DNA of 64,000 bases from Candidatus Saccharimonadia bacterium. Lineage in GTDB: Bacteria > Patescibacteriota > SICC01. Numbering within the stretch: position 1 is the first letter of the stretch; each line of letters begins with the position of its first letter. Positions 27,180-38,206 of this stretch are shown in pieces. The notes beneath the pieces were generated by a model. That model did not search any database. It saw nothing but the letters and a program-made list of their open reading frames with translations, and was not told the origin of the DNA. Made by a program: the position numbers and the translations under genes. The stretch lies in NCBI GenBank assembly GCA_025449535.1, contig JANWJF010000001.1, positions 677,136 to 741,135 on the forward strand, given 5' to 3'.

Positions 27180-29000
27180 ATGCATCGCGTATCGCACCAA
27201 CTCGCGACGCTTCCGGCCAAGCCGGGCGTGTACCTGTTCAAGGACGAGACGGGGAAGATCCTCTACGTCGGCAAGGCCAAGCGCTTGCGGACCCGCGTCC
27301 GGAGCTACTTCTCGAAACGGGCCGAGGCCGAGCCGAAGACCCGCGTCTTCGTCCCCAAGATCCACCAGATCGACACGGTCGTCACCAAGAACGAGGTCGA
27401 GGCGTTGCTGCTGGAATCGAACTTCATCAAGCAGTATCGTCCGCCGTACAACGTCCGGCTTCGTGACGACAAGCAATACGTCTTTATCAAGGTGACGCTC
27501 GGCGACCGGTATCCGCGGGTGACCACCACCCGCCGGGTGACTGACAAGCGGGCCCGGTACTTCGGTCCGTACACCGACGGTCGGGCGGTCCGGGCGACGC
27601 TGAAGACGCTACGCAAGGTCTTCCCGCATTGTCTGCCGAACGACCCCTGCGACGACCCGTCACGCTCGCGGCCCTGTCTGTACTTCCACCTGGGGCTGTG
27701 CCCTTCGCCGCAGTACGGCAAGATCTCGGACACGGATTACCGCGCGAACATCGACGGCCTGATGCGGGCGCTGGACGGCAAGACGGACGACGTCCAGGAG
27801 CGGCTACGGACCGAGATGCGGGAGGCCTCGCAGCGGCATGCGTTCGAGCGGGCCGCGGCTTTGCGCGACCGGATCGGGAGCCTGGAAGCGCTACTGGCCC
27901 GACAGCAGGCGGTCGATCCCAAGCTCGCCAATCGGGATGTGATCGGCCAGGCACACGAAGGCCGCCATGCGGCGGCGATCCTGCTCACCGTACGGCAAGG
28001 TCGGGTGGTGGCGCGGAAGGACTTCGACTTCCAGAACGCCGACAAGAGCACCGAGGCCGAGCTGCTGGACGGTTTCCTCGGCCAGTACTACAAGGCCGCG
28101 ACCAATCTACCCGACGAGGTCCTGGTGCCGCTGAAGGTACCGGGCGCGGATACTGTCTCCGAGTACCTTTCGGAACGGTGCGGCCGGAAGGTGTCCGTCA
28201 GGGTGCCGCGCCAGGGTAACCGCCGGCAGTTGCTCGAACTGGCGGAGGAGAACGCGCGTGAGCACTTGGCACGCCTGAAGGCCCGGTGGAACTCCGACGT
28301 TTCCCGTCGTGAGCAGGGGCTGGCCGACCTGTCCCAGGCCCTCGGCATGTCCGCACCGCCGCCCCGGATCGAGTGCTACGACGTCTCGACCCTCGGCGGC
28401 ACCGCGACGGTCGGTTCGATGGTCGTGATGCGGGACGGGGCGCCGTCGCCGGCCCACTACCGACGGTTCCGGATCGCCACGGTGAAGGGAGTGGACGACT
28501 TCGGGGCGATGCGGGAGATGCTGGGCCGCCGGTTCAAACGGGTCAAGCGCAGCTCCGACGACGAATCCTTCGGCGCCTTGCCGGACCTCGTCGTCATCGA
28601 CGGGGGCAAAGGGCAGGTCTCGGCCGCCGCCGGCGTCCTGGAGGAACTCGGCTTGTCCGACGTGCCACTGATCGGCCTCGCCAAGCGGTTCGAAGAGGTC
28701 TGGCGTTGGGACGGGAAGGGGTCGACGCCCGTGCGCCTGCCAAAGGACGCGCCGGGATCGCTCCTGCTCCAGCAGCTTCGGGACGAGGCGCACCGCTTCG
28801 CGATCACCTACGGTCGCAAGACGGCCCGCAAGACCGTCCAAGGCTCCGTGCTGGACCGGGTCCCCGGCGTGGGTCCGGCCAAGAAGAAGCTGCTGATTCG
28901 GCACTTCGGATCGGTGCGGGGCGTCCGGGATGCCGACCTGTCCGCCATCCAGGCCGTCGTGGGCAAGGCGGCGGGACGGGCGGTGAAGGAGAACCTGTGA
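27180..29000 (+). CDS. uvrC: excinuclease ABC subunit C
   Basis: PGVYLFKD..YVGKAK.LR.RVRSYF GIY-YIG, RIECYDVS, IDGGKGQ, RDEAHRFA. Confidence 0.97.
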   Translation: MHRVSHQLATLPAKPGVYLFKDETGKILYVGKAKRLRTRVRSYFSKRAEAEPKTRVFVPKIHQIDTVVTKNEVEALLLESNFIKQYRPPYNVRLRDDKQYVFIKVTLGDRYPRVTTTRRVTDKRARYFGPYTDGRAVRATLKTLRKVFPHCLPNDPCDDPSRSRPCLYFHLGLCPSPQYGKISDTDYRANIDGLMRALDGKTDDVQERLRTEMREASQRHAFERAAALRDRIGSLEALLARQQAVDPKLANRDVIGQAHEGRHAAAILLTVRQGRVVARKDFDFQNADKSTEAELLDGFLGQYYKAATNLPDEVLVPLKVPGADTVSEYLSERCGRKVSVRVPRQGNRRQLLELAEENAREHLARLKARWNSDVSRREQGLADLSQALGMSAPPPRIECYDVSTLGGTATVGSMVVMRDGAPSPAHYRRFRIATVKGVDDFGAMREMLGRRFKRVKRSSDDESFGALPDLVVIDGGKGQVSAAAGVLEELGLSDVPLIGLAKRFEEVWRWDGKGSTPVRLPKDAPGSLLLQQLRDEAHRFAITYGRKTARKTVQGSVLDRVPGVGPAKKKLLIRHFGSVRGVRDADLSAIQAVVGKAAGRAVKENL

Positions 29001-29668
29001 CCGGCATTCCGGATCGGGAGATTAAGATCTGTGGAACGACCACGGAGATCGATCTCCATATCGCAACGGATGCCGGTGCCGATGCGATCGGAATCATCTG
29101 CCCGCCGAAGACCCGGACCCGCCATTCGGTGGATGAAGCGCAGGCGGTACGCTTGGCGAAGGCCGTGCCCGATGGAGTGACGACGGTATTGATTCCACGG
29201 TTTGCCGAGTCCGAGCGGATTATTGAGCTCGCCAAGGCCGTACGGCCCGACCGGTTGCAATTAGGGGAAACGGAGGATTTGGGTGTGCTGAGAACCGTCG
29301 TCCAGGCGGGAGCCGCCCCCGTGGTAGCGCAAGTAATCCATGTCGACGGCCCGTCCGCGGTCGGAAGGGCAAAGGAATTCACCGAGTGGGCGGACGTCAT
29401 CCATCTCGACTCGGTCGGAGAAGAGCCGGGCGGGACCGGGCACGTCCACGATTGGGGTATCAGCCGGCAGGTCGCCGACGCGACGCATGCGCTCGGGAAA
29501 CCGGTCATCCTGGCCGGAGGACTGACTGCAAGAAACGTCGCCAAGGCGGTGGCGATTGTCCGACCGGATGGTGTGGACGTGGAGTCAGGAATCAAAGGCT
29601 CCGGGGCCGCGCACGATCCGGACCAGGTCACAGCGTTCGTACGAGCCGCTCGGGCCGCGTTCGCGTGA
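28997..29668 (+). CDS. trpF: phosphoribosylanthranilate isomerase-like protein
   Basis: IKICGTT, GADAIG, PGGTGHVHDW, ILAGGLTARNV, GVDVESG. Confidence 0.85.
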   Translation: MTGIPDREIKICGTTTEIDLHIATDAGADAIGIICPPKTRTRHSVDEAQAVRLAKAVPDGVTTVLIPRFAESERIIELAKAVRPDRLQLGETEDLGVLRTVVQAGAAPVVAQVIHVDGPSAVGRAKEFTEWADVIHLDSVGEEPGGTGHVHDWGISRQVADATHALGKPVILAGGLTARNVAKAVAIVRPDGVDVESGIKGSGAAHDPDQVTAFVRAARAAFA

Positions 29669-29714
29669 CGCATTTCGTTGTTAGCCCGGCCGTTTTTCGG
29701 TAAGGTAACGCTAC

Positions 29715-30107
29715 ATGGACTGGACTCGCATCGCCTACGGATTCGCCGCCAACCTGCTTGGCATCTTCGTGGCGGCGATGTTCGGGCTGGTCGACTACGG
29801 GACCAGCTTCCTCACGCTGGCCTTCGCGGCCCTGGCCTTCGGGATCATCAACGTCCTGATCCGGCCGGTGATCACCGTGCTCAGCCTGCCGGCGATCCTC
29901 CTGACGCTCGGCCTCTTCGTCTTCGTGGTGAACGCCTTCATGCTCTGGCTGACCAGCGTGGTCGTGCCGGGCTTCGAGACGCTCGGCTTCTGGCACACGG
30001 TGGCCGCCGCGATCGTCGTCGGTGCGGTGAACTTCGTCCTGCACGCGCTTCTGAAGGACATCACCAGTGACCACCTTGAGAAGGCACGCAAGGGGATCAA
30101 GGCATGA
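29715..30107 (+). CDS. 4-TM phage-holin-like family membrane protein (YvlD-like)
   Basis: INVLIRPVITVLSLPAILLTLGLFVFVVNAFML. Confidence 0.85.
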   Translation: MDWTRIAYGFAANLLGIFVAAMFGLVDYGTSFLTLAFAALAFGIINVLIRPVITVLSLPAILLTLGLFVFVVNAFMLWLTSVVVPGFETLGFWHTVAAAIVVGAVNFVLHALLKDITSDHLEKARKGIKA

Positions 30108-30322
30108 GGACGACGCTCCAGGTCGTCCTGGCGATCGACGCGGTCTGGTTGGTCACGCTGATTCTGCTCCAGAACCGCGGCGTGGCGCTGTCCTCGACGT
30201 TCGGTGGCTCGGACAGCTCCGTGAACTACCAACGGCGCGGAGCGGAGAAGGTCCTGCACTACCTGACGATCGCGGCGGCCGTGATCTTCGTCGGGGTGGC
30301 ATTCGGCATTCTGTTTGTATAA
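30104..30322 (+). CDS. secG: preprotein translocase subunit SecG
   Basis: LILLQNRGVALSSTFGG...RRGAEKVLHYLT. Confidence 0.9.
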   Translation: MRTTLQVVLAIDAVWLVTLILLQNRGVALSSTFGGSDSSVNYQRRGAEKVLHYLTIAAAVIFVGVAFGILFV

Positions 30323-30340
30323 TTGATTAAGTCCGTTCCT

Positions 30341-30424
30341 GCCGGAGTGGCGGAATTGGCAGACGCGCACGGTTCAGGGCCGTGTGGGGGCAACCCCGTG
30401 AAGGTTCGACTCCTTTCTCCGGCA
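30341..30424 (+). tRNA. tRNA-Leu(CAG)
   Basis: CACGG-TTCAGGG-CCGTG anticodon arm, class II variable arm. Confidence 0.96.
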
Positions 30425-30467
30425 CAGCTGTTGAAAAAAGGTCTTGGTTACGGTACAATACGCAACC

Positions 30468-30851
30468 ATGATTGAGAGTGAAGAAAAGTTCGTAGATCCG
30501 GATCTGGCTCGTGAGCTGACGGGCGAGGAACTTCCGGAGCCTGACCCGGAAGGCGACCCGTCGCTGGAAGAGAAGCCCGTCGAGGACTATGTCGGTGGCG
30601 AGTTCGTCGGCGACCGCCAGCTTACGGTTCTGGTCCGCGAGGACGAGGGTCCGATGGAGTATCGGATCGGGTTCTGCGATCAGGGAATCGTCTATGACAG
30701 ACGCCCTATGGGTACGTCGCCCGCAGACCGGCCGACCCCCATCGATCGGGATGCGGCGCCGAAGCTAGCCCAGGAGGCGGCTGATGGGTTGCTGATGCGG
30801 TATGTGCCGGAGGCCAGGGAAGTGCTCAGGAAACAGCAAGGGGCTGATTGA
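30468..30851 (+). CDS. hypothetical acidic protein
   Basis: 127-aa ORF between two tRNAs, TACAAT just upstream. Confidence 0.6.
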   Translation: MIESEEKFVDPDLARELTGEELPEPDPEGDPSLEEKPVEDYVGGEFVGDRQLTVLVREDEGPMEYRIGFCDQGIVYDRRPMGTSPADRPTPIDRDAAPKLAQEAADGLLMRYVPEAREVLRKQQGAD

Positions 30852-30885
30852 GCTGCAAAAGCCCAACCCGTAGACTGGACTACAG

Positions 30886-30970
30886 GCCGAGGTGGCGGAA
30901 CTGGTAGACGCGCAGGCTTGAGGGGCCTGTGGGCATTATGCCCGTGGAGGTTCGAGTCCTCTCCTCGGCA
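30886..30970 (+). tRNA. tRNA-Leu(GAG)
   Basis: CAGGC-TTGAGGG-GCCTG anticodon arm. Confidence 0.96.
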
Positions 30971-30976
30971 CAATCG

Positions 30977-31075
30977 ATATACATTTCCGGAGCCTCGGCT
31001 CCGGAAATGCGAGACGCTACCGGGCTCGGGTCGATTCGCAAGTGAATTGCGAATCGAGATGGTATCTAATCCCGA
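30977..31075 (+). repeat. tRNA-trailer double-hairpin element, copy 2
   Basis: ATATAC-[26-nt palindrome]-GCGAGACGCTACCGGGCTCGGGTCGA-[19 nt]-TCG. Confidence 0.8.
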
Positions 31076-31086
31076 TTGCATGATGT

Positions 31087-31230
31087 CGATGCTACGATAG
31101 TCTCGTTCGCGGGCACTTAGCTCAGTTGGCCATCGTGATGTCCGCCGAGTGAACGAGGGGCGATGCTTTTCCGCTTCTCATCGCGCCGATGCTACGATAG
31201 TCTCGTTCGCGGGCACTTAGCTCAGTTGGC
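31087..31230 (+). repeat. 44-bp direct repeat (promoter + tRNA-Val 5' end) around a 56-bp insert
   Basis: CGATGCTACGATAGTCTCGTTCGCGGGCACTTAGCTCAGTTGGC at 31087-31130 and 31187-31230. Confidence 0.9.
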
Positions 31231-31284
31231 TAGAGCGCCTCGTTTACACCGAGGAAGTCGGGGGTTCGAGTCCCTCAGTGCCCA
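31211..31284 (+). tRNA. tRNA-Val(TAC)
   Basis: CCTCG-TTTACAC-CGAGG anticodon arm. Confidence 0.96.
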
Positions 31285-31323
31285 CACGATTGAGTCGGTC
31301 AGTACTGGTTGTTACGATAGGGC

Positions 31324-31705
31324 TACGCTTTTGCAGCTTCAAAGTTTCACTGGCACGTGTCTTCGCCCAGTTAGTGCTCAGCCCTAGGGCAGTCGACGAT
31401 CCTCCTCTAGGCGAGCTTGGCACACGGCTCGTCATGTCCTGGACGCATCCCTGCCCGTTCAGGAGCGACCAGCCGGTGGAAAAAGACCTTTCGGAATCGT
31501 CTGCGAAGAGCGGCTCCGGAAGGCACCTCTTCAAAACCTTCTTCGACACCCACGGTCCCACACCTGTCGAAGAACCCGGATCCGGTCGTCTTGCGTGGCG
31601 CGAGAAGGGCACATCGCCGACACCCTTCGCTAACCGCGACAGCAGACGACCGGATCCATCTTCATTTTTGGGCATCCCTACGATGACCCTTCCTTCGGAA
31701 AGGGT
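31324..31705 (+). ncRNA. candidate structured ncRNA, unknown family
   Basis: Promoter TTGAGT-17-TACGAT (31290-31318); stems 31578-31591/31644-31657 (14 bp) and 31539-31548/31565-31574 (10 bp); terminal UUCG hairpin 31686-31705. Confidence 0.55.
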
Positions 31706-31716
31706 AGATTGCGGGT

Positions 31717-31896
31717 ATGCCAGAGAAAGCCAAGACGGGAGACGAGGTGCGGACCGGCGGGCAGACCCGGACCGGCGAGGTCAAGAAAGTGAAGCCGGAT
31801 GGGACCCGGGTGATCAAGACGCGCACGGGGACGCTGCAGGAAGACAAGGATCCGCAGAAACCCGCCAAGCTGGACGCCGAGAAGGACGAGGACTGA
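31717..31896 (+). CDS. 59-aa hypothetical protein (SH3/KOW-like pattern)
   Basis: MPEKAKTGDEVRTGGQTRTGEVKKVKPDGTRVIKT...; host codon bias; TAGATT 6 nt before ATG. Confidence 0.65.
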   Translation: MPEKAKTGDEVRTGGQTRTGEVKKVKPDGTRVIKTRTGTLQEDKDPQKPAKLDAEKDED

Positions 31897-31942
31897 GCGG
31901 ACCGGCCGCTTCCGGTATGATTGAGCGTGGATGCGAATCCAC

Positions 31943-32017
31943 GCCGGGATAGCTCAGTGGTAGAGCGCTGGCCTGAAGAGCCAGGCGTCCCCAGTTCGAA
32001 TCTGGGTCCCGGCACCA
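31943..32017 (+). tRNA. tRNA-Phe(GAA)
   Basis: CTGGC-CTGAAGA-GCCAG; encoded CCA. Confidence 0.96.
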
Positions 32018-32020
32018 TCC

Positions 32021-32118
32021 ATATACGTTTTTCAGCGCAAGCGCCGAAAAACGCGAGACGTCACTGGGCTGGGGTCGACTCACGGCGAAGCCGCGAGTCG
32101 AGCTTCTATTCGATTTCG
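32021..32118 (+). repeat. tRNA-trailer double-hairpin element, copy 3
   Basis: ATATAC-[26-nt hairpin]-GCGAGACGTCACTGGGCTGGGGTCGA-[19 nt]-TCG. Confidence 0.8.
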
Positions 32119-32154
32119 TGCACACGAGCACTAGTTGCTATACTTTAATCCGTT

Positions 32155-32228
32155 GCGGGTGTAGCTCAGTTGGCTAGAGCGTCTCCTTGCCATGGAGAAG
32201 GTCGTCGGTTCGAATCCGATCACCCGCT
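32155..32228 (+). tRNA. tRNA-Gly(GCC)
   Basis: TCTCC-TTGCCAT-GGAGA, U73. Confidence 0.96.
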
Positions 32229-32271
32229 CAACGACCGCCCTTCGGGGCGGTTTTCTATACAATGACGATAC

Positions 32272-32342
32272 GGCGACGTGGCCGAGTGGTTAGGCAGGGG
32301 TCTGCAAAACCCCGTACGGCGGTTCAATTCCGCCCGTCGCCT
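32272..32342 (+). tRNA. tRNA-Cys(GCA)
   Basis: GGGGT-CTGCAAA-ACCCC, U73. Confidence 0.96.
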
Positions 32343-32354
32343 CAGGGTTAACAT

Positions 32355-32436
32355 GCCGGGATGGCGGAATTGGCAGACGCAGCGGACTTAAAATCCGCGG
32401 CCGCAAGGCGTGCAGGTTCGAGTCCTGCTCCCGGCA
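32355..32436 (+). tRNA. tRNA-Leu(TAA)
   Basis: GCGGA-CTTAAAA-TCCGC. Confidence 0.96.
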
Positions 32437-32455
32437 CTGAAGTATAGTGAAAGCG

Positions 32456-32869
32456 ATGAGCGACTATTTCGCACGGGAACTCCTGGCTAGTCTGGACGCG
32501 GACGATCCGAACGCCGTGATGTTGCACTCGAACGCCCAAGCCCGCGCCGCGGGATTCCGCTATCAGGACGACGAGGAAGTCATTGGGCAGCTGCGCTCCG
32601 AGACGGCGGAGTTAATCGAGGCGTTCCGCGGTGGCTCCGTACAGGCGATCGAGGACGAGGGAATCGACGTCGTCCGGGTCGTGCTTGAGATGATCAGGTT
32701 GCGCGGGGGTGACTACCGACGGGCCCAACGGGAGAATATCCGCAAGTACCTGCGGCGTCTGGCATTCGTGGAACAAGAGCTGGAGGATCGCGGACTGGCG
32801 TGGAAAGACGTCAAATGGCCAGACGACATCAAGCCGATCTGGAAGCGGGCCAAGGCGGCCAAGTCCTAG
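32456..32869 (+). CDS. MazG-like NTP pyrophosphohydrolase domain protein
   Basis: QARAAGF...ETAELIEA...EDEGID...KYLRRLAFVE...WKRAK resembles the MazG C-terminal domain. Confidence 0.7.
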   Translation: MSDYFARELLASLDADDPNAVMLHSNAQARAAGFRYQDDEEVIGQLRSETAELIEAFRGGSVQAIEDEGIDVVRVVLEMIRLRGGDYRRAQRENIRKYLRRLAFVEQELEDRGLAWKDVKWPDDIKPIWKRAKAAKS

Positions 32870-32886
32870 TGCGCTAAACTGTCCGC

Positions 32887-33591
32887 ATGGGGGACGAAGA
32901 CCAACAGCAACCGCATTATGTCGGCCGACCCTCGCCAGGTGATCATCCGGATTCGGACAAGCCCGGGTCGGAGGAAGCCGGCCTGCATGAGGAATCCGGA
33001 TCAAGCGTCAGCATGCCCGAATGGGCCGACAGCCTGAGCAAGGGGGTCGGTACTTCCCGGTCGAGGGTAGACGTCGACCTGGCCCGGCGGCTCAGGGAGG
33101 AGGAAGCCCGGATTGCTCGCGAACGCGCCGAAGCGGCCCGTCGCGCGGCGGAAAAAGTCGCCCGGAGGCAAGCCGCCGAGGAAGCCGCCCGCCGCCAGGC
33201 CGCCCAGCAGGCGGCGTCCGCCGAAGCGGCCCGGCGCCCCAAGCGTGTCTCCAAGTGGCCGTCCATGCTGGCGGCGGCCGTCGTGATCCTACTCGGTGCT
33301 TTCGTGGGTCAACGCATCATCAGCTCGGACGAGGTGCCGCAGCAAGCCGGTACGCCGTACCCGATCGTCACGGCGCCTCCGGCGGAGTCGAATCCTCCGG
33401 AGACAACGCCGGCCAAGCCGCCTGCCGGTTCCGGCGGCATTCGTCTGGATACGTACACGGTCAAGCCCGGTGATACACTTGAATCGATTGCCCAGCAATT
33501 CGACCGGACGCCGGTGGAGGTTTCCCAGGCGAACGGGGCGTACGGCGGGCTGATCCGGATACGCACCGGACAAGTGATCAATATCCCCTGA
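32887..33591 (+). CDS. membrane-anchored LysM protein
   Basis: TM helix then YTVKPGDTLESIAQQF...IRTGQVINIP. Confidence 0.88.
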   Translation: MGDEDQQQPHYVGRPSPGDHPDSDKPGSEEAGLHEESGSSVSMPEWADSLSKGVGTSRSRVDVDLARRLREEEARIARERAEAARRAAEKVARRQAAEEAARRQAAQQAASAEAARRPKRVSKWPSMLAAAVVILLGAFVGQRIISSDEVPQQAGTPYPIVTAPPAESNPPETTPAKPPAGSGGIRLDTYTVKPGDTLESIAQQFDRTPVEVSQANGAYGGLIRIRTGQVINIP

Positions 33592-34049
33592 TGGTACGAG
33601 TACGAATCAGCCAGGACGGCAAGCACCCGGAGCGCCGGCAGCACAAGCCGGAATCCGAAGTCGTCATCCGTGAGGACAAGGAGACGCCCGAGGATCCCAA
33701 AGAGTCCCCGGGTCCGAAGGTCGGCGCTTGGCGCGGGATGTCGGAACGGCAGTGGTTCATCGGTCTGCTGGTGGTGTCCGCATTGCTGCTGCTGGTCGCG
33801 TTTCGCGGTTGCGTGCTGCCGTCCGGGATCGGGCCGAAGGAGCAGGAGAAGCGTCCCGCGCAGCAGGAACAGACGACGCCGACCCCGGTCTCGACCGCCG
33901 CGTCCGGATCCACGTACACGGTCCAAGCTGGCGATAACCTAGGCAAGATCGCCCAGAAGACCGGCGCGTCCATCGACGCGATCGCCGAAGAGAACGGCAT
34001 CACCCGGAACACGATCCTGCGGGTCGGCCAGGAACTGAAGATTCCGTAA
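33591..34049 (+). CDS. membrane-anchored LysM protein
   Basis: TM helix then YTVQAGDNLGKIA...LRVGQELKIP. Confidence 0.9.
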   Translation: MVRVRISQDGKHPERRQHKPESEVVIREDKETPEDPKESPGPKVGAWRGMSERQWFIGLLVVSALLLLVAFRGCVLPSGIGPKEQEKRPAQQEQTTPTPVSTAASGSTYTVQAGDNLGKIAQKTGASIDAIAEENGITRNTILRVGQELKIP

Positions 34050-34077
34050 GGAACATTTCGGGGTATACTGGCCGGTC

Positions 34078-34560
34078 ATGGCAGAAACCACCGAGCGAGT
34101 CTTCAACTTCGGCACGGTCGATATGCAGGAAGGTTCCCGCGTCGATTCTACGACTGTCCATCTGGACGAGCGCGAGTTTCCGCTCGCGGAGTGCGTCGAG
34201 TCCCATCAGGACCATCCGTTCCGACCTCTGCTTGAACTCGGGTTCGAACAGGTGAGGGTCGGCGGGAACATTACCGATGGCGAAGTCGTCCACTTGCGTA
34301 TCACGGCGTCTCTGTCGATCAGGATTGCCGAAGCGGACTCCGAGTACCAGCTGGAGGCCCACTACGACGAGAACGGGACCCGGCAGTTGTTACTCAGCGG
34401 TGAGCGCACCGGCCCCCAGTCACCGTCGATACCGATTGACCCCGCCGTCTGGGATGCGCTCCAGGAGTTACACGACAGTCTGACCGCATCACTGGTGACG
34501 CCGGAGGTAGCGGCCAAGGCTGAACATGCCACCGCAGCCGTTAACGGCTATGCCACGTAG
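34078..34560 (+). CDS. hypothetical protein
   Basis: 160 aa; TATACT 8 nt before ATG. Confidence 0.6.
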   Translation: MAETTERVFNFGTVDMQEGSRVDSTTVHLDEREFPLAECVESHQDHPFRPLLELGFEQVRVGGNITDGEVVHLRITASLSIRIAEADSEYQLEAHYDENGTRQLLLSGERTGPQSPSIPIDPAVWDALQELHDSLTASLVTPEVAAKAEHATAAVNGYAT

Positions 34561-34673
34561 CGTTCCCGTGTCAGAGCCCGAAGCCCGTCCGAACACCTCG
34601 GCCAAGCACGAAGGTGAGCCTGCATAGCGAACAGGGACTGGTGCCGTATGGCGATCCAATCCCTGCTGCCCTT

Positions 34674-35084
34674 TCAGTGGGTCTCGGTTGGTTGGCCGTA
34701 GTAGGACGGAAGCCCACCAACTGGGCCGATCGAGAACTCCAGATGCCCGGTTGCCGAAGGGCTGAATGCGGGAGCCCTCCAGGTGAGATAGAGCGCCACG
34801 CCGTCTTGCGGTGATTTGAATTCGTGACTTCGGAACGGGTGGCGCCTTGCCAGCTTCTCGGCTTCGCCATTCTGGATTAGCTCGTTCGCGAACTCCTCGA
34901 ACAAGAGATTGCGGAGGTCAAGCAGTCCGTGACTCTCATCCCAGCGCATCCCGCAAACCAGGGTGCTCGAGTCGCAGATATCGCCCGGTCCCAATGGGGT
35001 GACCCAGCCCGATTCCGCCTGGCGAAACGCCTGTCGGATGGCGTCTTCCAGCCGAACCCTGTCGGTAGCTATAAGGCTCATCAT
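34674..35084 (-). CDS. hypothetical protein
   Basis: ORF divergent from ligA, likely start MMSLIATDRV. Confidence 0.5.
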   Translation of the reverse strand: MMSLIATDRVRLEDAIRQAFRQAESGWVTPLGPGDICDSSTLVCGMRWDESHGLLDLRNLLFEEFANELIQNGEAEKLARRHPFRSHEFKSPQDGVALYLTWRAPAFSPSATGHLEFSIGPVGGLPSYYGQPTETH

Positions 35085-35135
35085 ACCTCTCCCTTGGTCG
35101 CGGTTCTCAGGAATAAGATGTGAAAGGGGAGTTAA

Positions 35136-37645
<2,510 letters not shown>

Positions 37646-37649
<4 letters not shown>

Positions 37650-37780
37650 AGTCCCAGCTCCTCGTCGGTTTCCTCGTGCTCAGCGATCTCGTCCGCATGT
37701 TGCAACACGTCGCTGAGCGGGAGCGTGTCTTGCTCGTCGTCGAAGTCGAAAGACTGCTGTTGCTGTTGGTTAGGACCCAT
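37646..37780 (-). CDS. 44-aa acidic peptide
   Basis: MGPNQQQQQSFDFDDEQDTLPLSDVLQHADEIAEHEETDEELGL; ATGA overlap with next ORF; TTGACA-17-TATTAT promoter upstream. Confidence 0.6.
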
Positions 37781-37918
37781 GTTCAAGATTTCACTAATTG
37801 GCGAATAATAGCGCAGTTAAGCGGTTTTGTCAAGCCTAGGTAGGCGTCAAGGAGGGTTTTTGACGAATGGACGCACGCCTGCGTTGGTCCGGCGCGGTCG
37901 AGACGCTAAGCTGAGAAG

Positions 37919-38206
37919 GTGGAAATCGACAGACAAGCGGTGGAAAAGGTGGCACGACTGGCGCGATTGGCTCTGTCGGACGATGACGTCGCAGCGAATC
38001 AACGGCAACTCTCTAAGATCTTGGAGTACATCGACCAGTTGAACGAGGTCGATACCAAGGGCGTCCCACCTACCGCCCAGGTGACCGGGACGGTGAACGC
38101 CTTGGCCGACGACGAAGTCAGGAACGAACGTCGGGACGAACTGCCGATCGATGCGCCGGCCACTGACGGCGGCAGCATCAAGGTAAAGGGAGTCTTCGAT
38201 GGCTGA
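37919..38206 (+). CDS. gatC: Asp/Glu-tRNA amidotransferase subunit C
   Basis: [10 protein letters not shown]...[19 protein letters not shown]. Confidence 0.93.
   Translation: MEIDRQAVEKVARLARLALSDDDVAANQRQLSKILEYIDQLNEVDTKGVPPTAQVTGTVNALADDEVRNERRDELPIDAPATDGGSIKVKGVFDG

Noticed and set aside
29715-30107. Prophage suggested by the holin-like gene
   Set aside because: This family is commonly chromosomal, the gene is coupled to secG, and no phage genes are nearby.
31087-31230. CRISPR array
   Set aside because: Only two repeat units, the repeat is promoter plus tRNA 5' end, and no cas genes are present.
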